64,000 nucleotides of DNA, taken from Fistulifera solaris (taxonomy: Eukaryota). Shown here piece by piece: positions 1 to 12,973 of this stretch (position 1 is its first letter; each line of letters opens with the position of its first letter). Below the pieces are notes generated by a model. It was not told where the DNA came from. It saw only the letters and a program-made list of their open reading frames with translations, and ran no database searches. The stretch is from assembly GCA_030295235.1 (NCBI GenBank), contig AP026172.1, positions 1 to 64,000 of the forward strand. The letters are read 5' to 3'. A program made the position numbers and the translations under genes.

Positions 1-96
1 AACCCTAACCCTAACCCTAACCCTAACCCTAACCCTAACCCTAACCCTAACCCTAACCCTAACCCTAACCCTAACCCTAACCCTAACCCTGACCCT
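1..96. repeat. Telomere, (AACCCT)n = (TTAGGG)n on the minus strand
   Basis: 15 perfect AACCCT units at 1-90 followed by a variant GACCCT, at the very start of the sequence. Confidence 0.98.
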
Positions 97-456
97 TAGA
101 AACAAAAAGAGGGCAGGATTGACTCTGACAAGGTATTTTCCACGAAAATGTACCAGGAACCCTAGAAAATGAACACGGACTCTGTAGCCTTGGTACATAA
201 TGCTACACCACGTAGAAACCAGTACCAGTGGCTACATCCAAAAGAATTCCCAATGCACTTGCAAGGACCGACGTGGCAAGAGAAGAACCTTGTGGATCAC
301 TACAAATGACTCCAGTATGTCCGAAAGGTATTCCAGAAGCTATTCCGCACCCTGTGACTTCAAGCCAAAACTCCATAAAACCACTGTCGAACGCACTGTA
401 CCAGGGTACCGCTGCGTGTCCTCCAAGACACAGAACACGTACTTGAAATAAGTTTG

Positions 457-1047
457 TCACAACTTGCCAACAACTTGCACTTGTACTTGCTCAACTTGCA
501 CTTGCACTTGCACTACTTGCACAACTTGCACTTGCACTTGAACTACTTGCACTTGCACTTGCACAACTTGCACTTGCACTTGCACAACGCGACTTGCACA
601 TCGCGACTTGCACAACCTGTACAATGCACTTGCACTTGCACAACCTGCACAATGCATTTGCACTTCTTGCACAATGCACTTGCACAACTTGCACTTGCAC
701 AACTTGCACTTGCACTTGCACTTGCATTTGCACTTGCACTGCGACAACTTGCACTTGCACAACGACTTGCACATCGCGACTTGCACAACCTGCACATGCA
801 CTTGCACTTGCACAACCTGCACAATGCATTTGCACTTGCACAACGCACTTGCACAACTTGCACTTGCACAACTTGCACTTGCACTTGCACAACGCGGCAA
901 CAACTTGCACAACGACTTGCACAACTTGCACTTGCAGAACCTGCACAACGACTTGCACAACATGCACAACACACTTGCACAACTTGCCAACAACTTGCAC
1001 TTGCACTTGCACTTGCAGAACCTGCACTTGCACAAAGAACTTGCACA
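457..1047. repeat. Subtelomeric satellite of TTGCAC / TTGCACAAC units
   Basis: Dozens of 6- and 9-mer units; higher-order duplicated blocks (about 590-665 vs 763-836); produces spurious LHLH/VQVQ/CKCK ORFs in all frames. Confidence 0.93.
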
Positions 1048-1099
1048 ATTAAGCGGCATCAGGAGCAGCATAGTCCCTCACAAGCTCATAGTCTAGTGC

Positions 1100-2118
1100 T
1101 ATCTCGGTTTGAAGTCATCATGCACAGAGGTGGCTTTGTTTTGGGGTTGAAGGTGGGGTCAGACCATTTCTCAGCAAGTAACTCGTGCCATTTTGAAGGG
1201 CTTACATCAGACTTTTCGCATCTAACATCGCCTGGCTTTTATGATCATACCTGTGCAAATATGCATCTTTTACATCAGATTCACACAAGCAGTGCATCAG
1301 ACTAAGGAAAGGAAGTGCACTGCGCCACTGCTTATCTGTGTCTTGACGAAAGCACTGGTTTCCAGGGCATTTAAATTTTGACATTTTCGACCTCGTGCGC
1401 AAGAAATTAACATCCGCCTCATCGGGTTATCGGATTGTCATTCAGCCATTTTGTTGCCTTAGTCAATGTCCAATTTTTGGGTTTTTCACGGGTGAACGGG
1501 CGATGCACTTCTGAGCGGATTAAATCAATCTTTGGTTTGAGAGATCGCTTCCGATTCTGTTGCCGAGACACAAATGGTTCTTCATCAAGATCCATAAGTG
1601 CTTTGTCACCATCTTTCAAGCCCATACATAAAACAACCAAACAGTCAATAGAACCACCTTTTTCAATATAGCGGTGTTCTGCTGCCGTAATTGCTTTTGG
1701 GGCTTCAACGTATCGGAACTACTGTTACTTTTATGGACTGTGGGCTGGCGAAGTTGAAGAACTGGCTGCCCGTCCAGAGGAAGAGCTGGAATCATCTGTC
1801 CTGTCGCCAAAATTCAAGCTGCTTATTCTTGAGCGAAGTTGACACTAGCGTTATCACTGCTATCTTCACTCATGTTTATATAATTGTGGTGATGAAAACA
1901 AAAGAGGACGAGTAATGAAGAATGGAGAAATGGTCAAAACCAATCCGGCACTCAACTCAATGTTTTCAACTCAAGGTTTTGAGTTTGTCACTCCAGATTT
2001 TGGCTGGCAAACTTTGAGTTGTCCAGCCAAAAACCTTGAGTTTGGGTACCTCAAATTTTATCCCGGCACCTAGGGCGGTATCCAAACTCAATGTTATTTT
2101 TTGGTAAATGGCCAAGGC
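1100..2118 (-). mobile_element. Decayed transposon-like remnant (pseudo-ORF plus motif-rich terminus)
   Basis: ATG near 1873 followed by in-frame TAA/TGA and frameshifts; protein-like fragment LCMGLKD...KPKNWTLTKATKWLNDNPI; six AACTCAA/TTGAGTT motifs in both orientations at 1953-2090. Confidence 0.4.
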
Positions 2119-2149
2119 CTTATTCCCCTTTTCCTAGCTTCACTTCTTC

Positions 2150-2745
2150 CTCAATTCCTCCTGCTTTGATTCCTACTTCCATGTAATGCTACCACTACTC
2201 AAATTCCTACTTCCTACTTCTAAGTTACCGTTTCTAATTCCTACTTCCTACTTCTACGCTTCCTTGTTCCAAGTTCCATGTTCCATATCCCAATTCCCAA
2301 ATTCCTAACCCTAACCCTAACCCTAACCCTGAAATCTTCTTCTTTTCCTTATTTCCAACATTTCCTTCTATTCCATCGTCCTTACTCCCTTGTTACTGAT
2401 TCCTACTTCCTATTTACCTAGTTCTAAGTTCCTTTTTCCAAGTTCCAAGTTCCATATCCCAATTTCCAAACTCCTAACCCTAACCCGGTCTGTAGCATGC
2501 CTGCGGCCGAGGGATAGAGCCCCTCCGCGTCGATAGACCCACCTGGGATGGCTCAGGTCTTTGCTCTATTAGGGCTGCTGCTCTCCCATTTGAGTCAATT
2601 CTTCTTTGTGCAACCTGCCCCTTGTATTCCTGGTTGCATCATCCTCATTGCATCCTCCTCATCACCCTACATGTCTCACCAGGTGGTTTTCAGAGTTCTA
2701 GCTTAATTTCTTCCCATAGCTGCGTTTTTCCACCCTAACCCTAAC
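2150..2745. repeat. Interstitial and degenerate telomeric repeats
   Basis: CCCTAA tracts at 2304-2330, 2473-2486 and 2733-2745, embedded in TTCCTAC/TTCCAAG degenerate units; about 2170-2330 and 2398-2486 look like a duplicated unit. Confidence 0.85.
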
Positions 2746-2918
2746 GGTTTTGCACCAAAAGACGTTCAGCAATGGAGTACCGGATGACATGTACCATTCT
2801 CCATTTTTACGCCAAGGTTAGCATCAGCCTAATCCTAAGAATGAGGAATATTTTAAGATGCTACCAAATTATAATCTCAATTAGTTTTGTTCTTCATTTA
2901 CGAAGCCTCTTCATGTGC

Positions 2919-5900
2919 TTATCGAAAACGAAACTTGATGTAAGGTAACTCGACCTCTTCGTCCGTTTCCTTATCATTGGCAATCACTTCCAGGATTAAA
3001 AACAGCTGATTTGGAGGAAACTCTTTCTTGGTAATACTCGTTATCACTTCAGTCATCTTCATTGCTTTGCGCTCCTCAATTTTTTCTTGTTCGCAAAGAA
3101 CGAGTAGAGAATGCTGACACCGTGTGAAAGCATACTGATCTCGAGGTTGTATTGCTCTTCGAAGTAGTCCATGAACTCTCCCATTGTCATATCGCCCATT
3201 GCAATATCCAAGCTATCCCAAGCGGTCCATTCCCATTCCTTGCCCTGTAGCTTACTTTTGGTCTTGGCCGGTGGATTGGGTTCTGACATGGTCATGAACG
3301 GTACTGCCAAGTTCAAGAAACCATTCTTGTATGCCTCAATTGTCAACTTTTGCGCGGCGTCCCGATCAGCTTGTACAATTCAAGACAAATGAGTCCAGTC
3401 ACCAAAGCTGTCGTCGTGGCAATCGCAGGAATGATACGTCCTGCAATCGCTCTTGAGCGGTGAGCATCGGCAGTGGGGATGCTGTAATTCATTGCGCGAC
3501 AGTTGGAACAAGCAGTCACAAAGTTGTTGTGTGCGTCGATGTCTTTGTCGAATTCAATTGCTACAAGCTCCATGCCCGCAAGTTCAGCCGGTTTGGGTAG
3601 CTGCGCGAGCAAGTCTGACACGTTATCATTGTCTCCACTGCTTTTCTGTTCTTCAGCTTCGGCGTCGTTGGCAGCTATCTTGACACCTTCAGCAGGAACA
3701 AAGTCAGGAACGATGACTTGCTCCAACATATCCAGCACATCTACATCTGCAGGCACTTGAATGCCATACATTTCCGCTCGCAAGTTGGCGCCCATAACGA
3801 CGAACTCCAAATGGGTCTTCATATCATTAGCATCGACATCAATTGCGTTTGGGTCAAAACGAGGGGCTTGGGGCAACGCTTCGATCCCGACCAGAACAGT
3901 TGCCCGCTGCTAGTCACTTGATCGGCAGGAAAGTTGTGCAAAAGCTGTAAGATTTGGTTGGAAAACTGATTTTCGAACGTCAAACGCGCCCACGTCACGC
4001 AGTCTTGATACGTCGTGGGACGATCCAAAGTTTGGAGCAGTAGTTTAATAGTTTCGGCTTTGCTGTTTGGATGCAACGATTCCAAGTACATCTCACCTCC
4101 TTTGATATAGCCATTCACTTCCTCAGCAGCCTGTTTGAAAGCGCCTTCAAACCAGTCGCGCGCCCATTGCAACGTGTGCTCAATCTGGTTAGGGAAGTTT
4201 TCAGTGTGCAAACAGGAATACTCTTTTCGGGAGGGTCGCGAGTAGCACCGTAATGCTCCGTCACGTGGGGAACGACAATTTGAGTGTTTCCTTTGTTCCA
4301 AGAGTACCACTTTCCATCATTGGCAAGCGATAAAAGAGACAACGTTGATCGACGTACAATCGCGCTTCGACATTGTCCAACGCCGTACAAACCCCCGAAA
4401 GCTTGTCATAAAAGTCATCTCCGAACAAATGTTCAGTTTCGGGTGCAACCTTTTCCTGATATGCCGTGACTCTGAGTTGCGGGTTCATGTGTTGCGCCGC
4501 CTTGGCCGCCGTGGTACTCTTGAACTCGTTGATGTCCGTGTTCCGAAACAAAAATTGACGCGACAAGTTTGATTTCTCAATGCGATCCATGTCCGTGACA
4601 TGAACCATTCCTCCCGAACCGCAAGCAACACCCATCATGGCCCAGTTTTTGAGCATTTCACAACCAATGGCTCCAGCGCCGATCAAGAAGTAATTCAATG
4701 CTCCCAATTTCTCTTGCATGTCTTGACCGAACACAAGGACTTGACTGTCGTAGCGAGTGTTGGAGTTTGCTGTCATGTCCGATGACAACAACGTATCTGG
4801 TAAACACTCATCCGCGTCCAGATACAAGAAACCAGAAATCGGAGTGAACTTTCCGGAACACGCCTTCAAGACTTCCTGGCCCACTACACCTCCCAAGGCC
4901 GCACACGTGGGACTCAAGATCGCCCGACTGCCATGCGCCAAATGCAAGACGATACGCTCTGCTTTCGCGTCTGCGACAACATCGGGCTTGATCTGTTTCG
5001 CCAAGTCAAGCACTTGCTGACAAGCGACAGCATCCGGAGGAAGCTGTCCATGCTGATCTTGGTATTTCGCGACAGCTTGGAAAGCCACATGTAGCAAAGG
5101 AGGACGGTCAAACTTTGCGAAATCGCTCATCATCATATCTCCCGGATTCGCCAATTTGTCTTTGTAGGATTCGAAAGCCATCTTGACTGGTTGTTTGACC
5201 TGCGTAATGTAACCCTGTGCGTGCTGCACCGTTTGTTGTGTCAAATCGAGACCATCTAGCGTAAAGGTGTAGGGCCCAGTCACCGTGACAGGATATTCGA
5301 CATTGTTTTCGAGCCCAGTTACTCCTTGCAAACGCGAAAAGGTGACCTTGTCGCCCGTCTCCAAGCCATGGCGTCCTTGATCTTCCAATACCTTGACCGT
5401 GGAGGCGCCTCATCGGTCAAGACTGTTTCAATCTGAGAAGTAGCCGCTGGTTCCCCATCTTTGTCAAATACCGCAAATTCTGCACCGAAATCACAAAAGA
5501 CTTGGCCGAAGACCGACATTGTTAAGGCGTAAATGAAGGAAGCACCCACTGCACGGCACTGCTCATTGATGGCGAATAACGTCTCAGTGGGCAAAAGAAT
5601 GGTGACAACCACTACCGAGACGTTTGAAGTAATGAGTTCGGTGACTGTTTCGGTTGCAAGATCGGGCACATCCGCGAGATCGACCTTGACATAGGGATTC
5701 AACTGCGCCAAGAGAGGACGACAGAGACTAGCTCGACTTTTCCCGCTCGACAAGTCCTCCAGGGTCAAGTAAAAGTTTCCTCCCAAATCAAAGGACGTAG
5801 GAGACATCGGATCGACGAGAACGATACGATTCAAGCCAGCCAGAATAGTATTCTTGGCTACTTCGACACCGCAACCGGAAAGACCCACCAACAAACACGT

Positions 5901-6115
5901 CGAAGCCATCATACGACGTTGTGCTTCGTGTCCCATGACATACAGCTGACGTGAATACAACTTTTCGTCGACTGCAAAGAAAGAAGAAACAGAGAAGGAA
6001 GAGAGAGCTTGTGAGTCTGTGATGGAGAAAACAAGCAGTAACGACAGACTTTTGTATCTCTTTCAAGCGCACCTTCGGCTGTTGCGGAAGCATCCATTTT
6101 ATCTTGAGTCGTCAT
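2919..6115 (-). CDS. UBA1: Ubiquitin-activating enzyme E1
   Basis: [39 protein letters not shown], catalytic-Cys region [18 protein letters not shown]-terminal PYIKFRFR stop; short intron near 5972-6049; several 1-bp frameshifts join the ORF pieces. Confidence 0.96.
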
Positions 6116-6430
6116 CGAATAAGCTCTCTTTTCGTAATAGACTGCACAATAAAATATATTCAACAGAGATGATAATCAACACACGGGAAGTTATCAAACA
6201 AGAAGATTGAATAGCAAAACAGTACAAGTACAAGTACTGGTAGATAAAAGACTCAATAGTTTTGTTGCCTCCAAGATGGCAAGACGACGACGACGCCGCG
6301 CTTTTCGTAGAGGAGCGTCTACGTAAAGGTTACGGGCTGTGTTTAATGGATACGGTACCTCTTTTTTGCGATCTCCGCCGATGCGCAACGAAATCCTACC
6401 AGCGGTACCGGTACCGTACCGTTACCAGTA

Positions 6431-6512
6431 AGGAAACGGCGTTAAAATTCTGCCTCGTCGTGGACGCTACGTAGAATCTTATACTGGGAGGCAAAATTTT
6501 AACGTCCTTCCC
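6431..6512 (+). mobile_element. About 80-bp MITE-like hairpin element, copy 1
   Basis: Arms CGTTAAAATTCTGCCTC ... GAGGCAAAATTTTAACG; near-identical copies at 31051 and 49703. Confidence 0.8.
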
Positions 6513-6699
6513 AGTACCAGGTAAGTTGCGCGCGAAAGCAAAGGCGAAAGTGTCACATTCTATGGGTCAGTCATGAGCTACGAATCACGAATGCGAGAAG
6601 ACATTAAAGAAAAGAAAACGACATACGGAGTAATATTATAAAACACGCAACCAACACACAACAAACCATCATAATTGAACATCAAACTTCCTTTATCAT

Positions 6700-8087
6700 A
6701 TGAATTCTCCTTTGGGTATGACGGCGGCTTTGTCGCGCTTACAAGCTATAAGACGAAAACGACCGCAACCGTGGAAGCTCGCTGGTGGTTTATTGTTGGT
6801 TGGATTGGGGCTCTTGCAAAGTCTCTACCATCTTCAGCAATCGCTTCAATTATCGAATTTTCAAGAGCAACTCGCTGATTTCACTTTACCGCTTGCTCTA
6901 TTCTCGAACCCTGAGGTTTCCTCCAAGAATTTCTACTACGACCACGATGACCATGACACGTATTCGCGCTTTGCTTACGCCTTTGTGATAGGAGGCTGCG
7001 ATCCCACGAATCTACCTACCTATCAAAATTATCTCTTTAATATTGCTATTGCGGCCCGCAATCTGAAACGTCTTGGGAGTCAAGCTGATGTTGTGGTGCT
7101 CTTTCAAATGTCAAAACCGCAACAGAATTGCAACTACCGAAACAAGATTTAGAATTGTTGCATGCGCAAAACGTCACTGTTTATTATATTCCTCAACAAT
7201 TGACTGGACGAGAGTCATTTTATCGAACGCAATTAGACAAGTTCCGAATACTGGGGCTCACACAATATGAGAGAGTTCTCTTTATGGATGGCGACATTAT
7301 GCCATTGTGTAATTTGGATCCTTTCATGGAATACGAAAAATTCCAACAAAATGTTGTCATGGAAGGTCTATACGAGCCATTCAATGGAGGATTTTTCATG
7401 TTGAAGACGGGATACTTAGAAGAGATACAACAAATTATTGAAAAGCGCGAAGAAATGGCAGCCGAGCTAGAGTATCCGCACTTTAATTTTACGATTGGTT
7501 GGGGTCAAGACTTGACATACGATCCTTGGGTGAGCTTAAGAGAAACTGGTACAAACTGGTCCTTTTAGCCGGATTCGCAGATCAGGGTTTACTCTATTAC
7601 TATACAAAATACCATCGCAAATCCGTCAGTCTGTTGCATCGTGATGGCGGCGTCCATCACTATGGGTGGAATGGCACGACCGTAACCGAAATTGGTCCCT
7701 TTAATGAGACCGTCGATAGCTTGCACAACGATACAGATTTGGATTCTATGATTCGCGTGCCCGGGAAGCATAGCCGATTCCATTATCCTTTAACTGTTTT
7801 GTGCATTTTACGGGCAATGCTAAACCATGGCTTTTGGGAGGAGCACCCGAAGATTGTTGCGTACCAGAGACACAAAACAAGTCAGCGAAACATTTTGGAT
7901 GTACGAGCTATCGGAGATACTGAAAGAACATGGGCGCACGGATGTTGATATTCAAACTCATTGGGATCAAAAGAAGAAGAGGCAAAGGCCGGCTTTGGGA
8001 TTGTATCCAACGTATACACAAGTTATCAATGCGAGCTCCGATATCATGACTCCTCTGAAGCGAGTTAGGCCGAGAGAACAATCATAA
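6700..8087 (+). CDS. GT8-like glycosyltransferase, type II membrane, paralogue 1
   Basis: N-terminal TM helix; FAYAFVIGGCDP, KFRILGLTQYERVLFMDGD (DxD), FNGGFFML, DQGLLYYY, HFTGxxKPW; split by frameshifts. Confidence 0.85.
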
Positions 8088-8479
8088 TCATCATTTTGGT
8101 AAATCTTTTCGTTATTCGTAGGCTTGTACCTTGTACCAGGGTAGAGTGTAGACATTCTTTTCGGAGCTAGACTCGAACTCTAGCACACTGCACTTGTCAC
8201 TTACTTTGTCCACAACACGTGACTCAAGACATAGCAGAAACGATAGTGCTACCAAAAACGTAAGTTATGTATTGATCAAAGAGTAGTGAATACACCCAAA
8301 CTCAAAGTCCTAACTTCTTTAGAAGTCCCCATTGCCCATTGCATCTAAATACTTTGTACCTACAAGTAGTAGGAAAATGCCCGACGAACACGACACACGG
8401 CATGTTGCGACATTCAAATGCATTAAAAGACTTTTCTTTGACAACAAGTACTGTACTTGCTTGATGAGCACATCTCATC

Positions 8480-9812
8480 ATGGACAAAGAAGATGCCTTC
8501 AGAGACGATGCAGCAACACTCTTCCTTTTCGATTAAAATATGGTTTTAACGATTATTGCTGTAGCGGTTATTCAATTCCGGGGAACATTCATTACGTGGA
8601 GACTGTTCTGGGGAACCCAAGGGATGCCTCGTCGACACCGTCAATAAATGAGCTTACAATCTCGTCCGATCATTCTTCACCCTCTGAGAGCGCCAAAGCT
8701 CTCCAATGTTCGCATACACGTTCGTTATTGGTGGCTGCGATCCTACGAATCGAGCCAGTTATCAGAACTACCTTTCAATATTGCTATCTCAGCACGAATC
8801 CTCAAGCGACTTGGAAGTCAAGCTGATATCGTGGCTCTCTTTCAAATGTCACAAACAGCCAAAGAGCCCCAACTTCCAAAATATGATCTAGATTTGCTTC
8901 AGGCACAAAATGTCACTGTATATTACATTCCTCAGCAACTGACAGGACGAGAATCGTTCTATCGAACGACGTTGGACAAGTTCCGCATTTTGGGCTTGAC
9001 ACAGTATGAAAAGGTCATTCTCATGGATGGAGATTTTTACCGTTATGTAATTTGGACTTTTCTTCCTACATGATACCTTTCAGGAGATTGTTGTGATGGA
9101 AGGTCTTTACGAACCTTTCAATGCCGGCTTTTTATGGTGAAAACTGGGATATCGCATTTACAGGAGGTCCAAGAAATCATAGAAAAGCGTGAGCGAGAGG
9201 CCCTCACCTTGACATACCCTTACTTTGATCTGAAAATGGGATGGGGTCATGATTTATCTGATGATCCTTGGGTTTCATACCGTCAAACTGGAACAAATTG
9301 GACCTTCGAATTTGCTTTTTCGGATCAGGGGCTTTTGTATTACTACGCCAAATATCACCGAAAATCGTACAGTTTGTTAAATCGTCGTGGTGGGGTGACG
9401 CATTACGGTCGAAATGGAGACACTGGTCAGAAGATAGGCTCCGTCGACCGTTCGCTCAGTCAATATAGCTCGGTTGCGGAACCAGTTGCAATGAAGTTGA
9501 AAGCGAAGACTCGTCGTCATCCTTTTCCGCTGCGCTGCATGCTTCATTTCACAGGAACGACAAAACCGTGGCTTGATGGGGCGCTCCAAAAGATTGCTGT
9601 ACAAACGAAACCAAATACAAGTCCGGTAAGCATTACTGGATGTTTGAATTGCACGAGCTCATGCAGGAAGTGAATCGTGATATCGATCTAAAAACGCATT
9701 GGGATCCCCTAAAGGCCAATCATCGACCAGCACTCGGCTTATTTGCTACTTCCGATCAAGCGCTGCACGCGCAAACCAATCTTTGACAAGTTTACAGCCG
9801 GTAAACGCTTAA
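8480..9812 (+). CDS. GT8-like glycosyltransferase, paralogue 2
   Basis: FAYTFVIGGCDP, KFRILGLTQYEKVILMDGD, DQGLLYYY, HFTGTTKPW; C-terminus aligns with paralogues 1 and 3; frameshifted. Confidence 0.85.
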
Positions 9813-10096
9813 TTTCTACCAACAACAGCGCAATAGTGGAATTATAGCCTTAATCGGAATGACGTCATACATAGGATTCAGGATTCCCGACCTATAATCC
9901 GTACTGTTGACAGACTTTACTTCTTACACGTTTACTTACCGATCATGTCGCTTCACTTCAGTCATGGTATTCTTCGTGGCTTTATTCCGTTTGCACAATA
10001 AAAACAATAGGTGTTTTTCGTGTTTGACGCCTTTTAGTTGAACAAATACGACAGTCAGCTGTACTATCTTTCTAGTTTCACCAAATTAAAAGGAAA

Positions 10097-10506
10097 ATGT
10101 TTATCCCCAAGGAAAACCGCATCGCTACTTTCAGCTACCTCTTCAAAGAGGGCGTTTGTGTCGTCAAAAGGACACTCGTTCGCAGACGCATCCTCACATC
10201 GAAGGACCAACCAACTTGGAAGTTCTCATGCTCATGAAGAGTTTGCAATCGCGTGGCTTGGTCAAGATCACCTTCTCGTGGCAGTACAATTATTGCTACT
10301 TGACGGACGAAGGCATTGAATACCTTCGAAACTACTTGGCGCTCCCTGCTGAAATCGTTCCCAATACGCACAAGAAGCAGGCCGGTCGCCCTGATGTGCG
10401 CGAACGCGATGACAAGTTCGGCGGAGGTGGACGCCCTGCTTTCCGTGGTGGAGATCGTGAATACCGTGGTCGTGAAGGAGGATTCGGTCGTGGTGGAGGT
10501 CTCTAA
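10097..10506 (+). CDS. RPS10: 40S ribosomal protein S10 (eS10)
   Basis: MFIPKENR...YLFKEGV, NLEVLMLMKSLQSRGLVK, FSWQYNYCYLTDEGIEYLRNYL, RGG-rich tail; one frameshift near 10168. Confidence 0.96.
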
Positions 10507-11076
10507 AGACAGAAGATAGTTGATTTCGGTTAGATTGACTTTTTCAAGCATTTATTATGTAGCTGATTGTGTGCAATTGCCTTCTGAAGTGCCACGAACG
10601 AATCTTCCAGCACCATCTTAGGCTTTATCGTTGATTGCCCCAACATCCGGAAAGGATGGTACAAGGTACGCTAGACATATGTTGGATGGCGGGAATGGGT
10701 ACTACTGTACCCCTTTGATTTTTGGAAAGCGGGTGGAAGCAATTGCCGACGCCAACGTGCTTGACAGGATGCAGAGTTAACAATTAACATCCGTAACCGA
10801 ACCTCACAACTCATGACTTAGGACATTGAGTCCAGTCTTGGTAGAAACGGACAACACTTCGGGCCATGCATAGTACTGTACCTGGTAAGTTGTACCGGTA
10901 CCGCACCGGTACTACGTACCTATGTATGTGGGCGCAAAGATGCGGCGACTTGTTTTTTTCTTTGAACCGCAAAATCGTGACTTCTTCTGTCGCCATGATA
11001 ATAACATTATGCGTTACGATCATTAGAATTAGAAAGACTTCTTGAATTCAGTGTCTCCTTATGTCTTTTATTGAAG

Positions 11077-11873
11077 ATGAGTAAATATCAAGCATTAAAT
11101 TACAGCGCGAGCGAATCATCAACGAGTGATCTTTTGGAAGATTCTTTGACGTGCCCTTTGTGCATCGAAATGTTTGATACAGATTTGGAAGTAGTTGCAA
11201 AACAGAAGCGAGACAAACTCATCGTTCCAGTACGGAATCACGGAAACCTCTGCTGTCTTCAGAGAATCGTTTACCCGTCTCGTGTACCGCTTGCTGGTTT
11301 ACGTTTTGCAACGCTTGTTTGCATCGAATAATGTATCGACCTGGCGGGGTTAAATGTCCCATTTGCCCTAATAAGGATCTCAGCGTAGCAGCGCCTGCTA
11401 TCAATTTGCCTCTGGTGCGTCTTTTACACCTGATAAAACCCATGGTAGAGACTCCGGTACTATCAGTTGATATGGTCCATACAGTAGTAACCCCTACAAA
11501 GGAGAAAACAAAAACGCCCATTAAGGCGACGAAAATAAGTGCAAAGAACGTTATTCAGAAAAGAGAGGACCATAGCGCTCCCAACGCAAGAGTTGCTGAA
11601 TACAAACGTTTAGCTGATAATTTGTATCAGGTGCAAGCCATTGTCGGTCGTCGCTCATCTCCCGGAAATAAGTGGTACAAAGTTCGCTGGGCCGGCTATG
11701 CAGAAGAGGACGATACTTGGGAGCACTGGAAAGGTTTAAAACACCTTGATAGTACGTTTCTCCAACAAATGCGACTATTGGACGAACAAGCCAAAAGAAA
11801 AGAAAACAAAATAGCATTTGATCATAGCTGTGTGTTGTCGTGTTTACACTCACCACGCGTGGAACGCACGTAG
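11077..11873 (+). CDS. C4C4 RING finger plus chromodomain protein
   Basis: CPLCIEMF ... CTACWFTFCNACLHRI...CPIC, then YQVQAIVGRR...WYKVRWAGYAEEDDTWE; one frameshift between about 11175 and 11270. Confidence 0.8.
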
Positions 11874-11969
11874 TTTGGTGCGTAGCATTCGATGCTGCCA
11901 TTTGAAACACTCAATCAAGTAATCATAATAGAATGATGAACATGTCTCTATTGGCAATATGTTCCGTTG

Positions 11970-12973
11970 TTACTGCAGTCTACTTATGTTTTGTGCCTCG
12001 TTCAACGAAGCAGTCTTCTTCGTGTCACTAAACCGTGAGGATTCAAACTCGTTCTGTTTCCCCCAACAGGACGCTTTGATACCTATCTTTTCTTCTAAGA
12101 GAGCACCTGCGTTGGCATCATCTAATGCAAATTCGATGTAGGTCAGAGATGGGTGCTCCGCTGCGAATTTTCGTACGTGCTTTGTTTGCCAAAGGTAAAA
12201 TTGTCGAATGTCTTCGTCCGTTCGATTCCGCTGTGGCTGTTGGGGCCAGAGCCGTCTGCAGGTTTTCAAATGTTCCATGAGACCACCCCAACGCTGCACA
12301 CTACTGACCCAATCATCCGGGTCTCTCGTCGACAAGATGATCGTTCCTTGGGGTAGGACCTATAAAATGCATCTAGAGCGTAGACAGATGGGTCCCAACA
12401 ACCCTCCATAGCGTTGTTATCCGTCCAGATATCGTAATTTCCGCATCCTCGGAACATATCTAGTCTTTTGGATAGATTTTTAAGCATGCAGACACCTGTT
12501 CGTAGTTTGTTCTCACCAAAGTAGTGCACCGAGCGCTGTTCCCCGCATTGAAAGTAGGAATGAAGCGACGTGGTGCCGCTTTTGAAAATACTCGCCACCA
12601 GTACGGGGAAAGGAATGTTTATCGGTGGTCTTTTGAGGGGTGCAACGCGTGTTTGCGATACAGGTTTCGAAAAGGGTTTGACTGTCTTGCTGGAATTTAC
12701 TGAAGTAATAAAAGAGCTTTTCTGTGGAGCGCGCTCATGAGATTGGACTTTTGTTTGTGCGATACCTTTCGGCAAAGCGTTGATTGTGACAATTTCAATC
12801 GTGTTATTTGCTGTTGTTTTACGAACTTCCAGCGATCGCTTCGAGTTAGCCACGAGATTCTTAACATCTGCATACATCGCCCAGGAAGCGAAACAGGCAA
12901 TACCGAGAAAAGCAAGTTGTGCAAAATAACGCATGTGCCTCCACCGCTTCCGTATTGGTCGTTTGATATCCAT
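11970..12973 (-). CDS. Membrane-anchored sulfotransferase-like (P-loop) protein
   Basis: N-terminal TM helix; PAPS-loop-like SIFKSGTTSLHSYF; 3'-PB-like LSTRDPDDWVSSV after a frameshift near 12350. Confidence 0.7.

Noticed and set aside
454..1305. His/Leu-, Cys/Lys- and Val/Gln-repeat ORFs in all six frames
   Set aside because: By-products of the TTGCAC satellite; no evidence for any one as a gene
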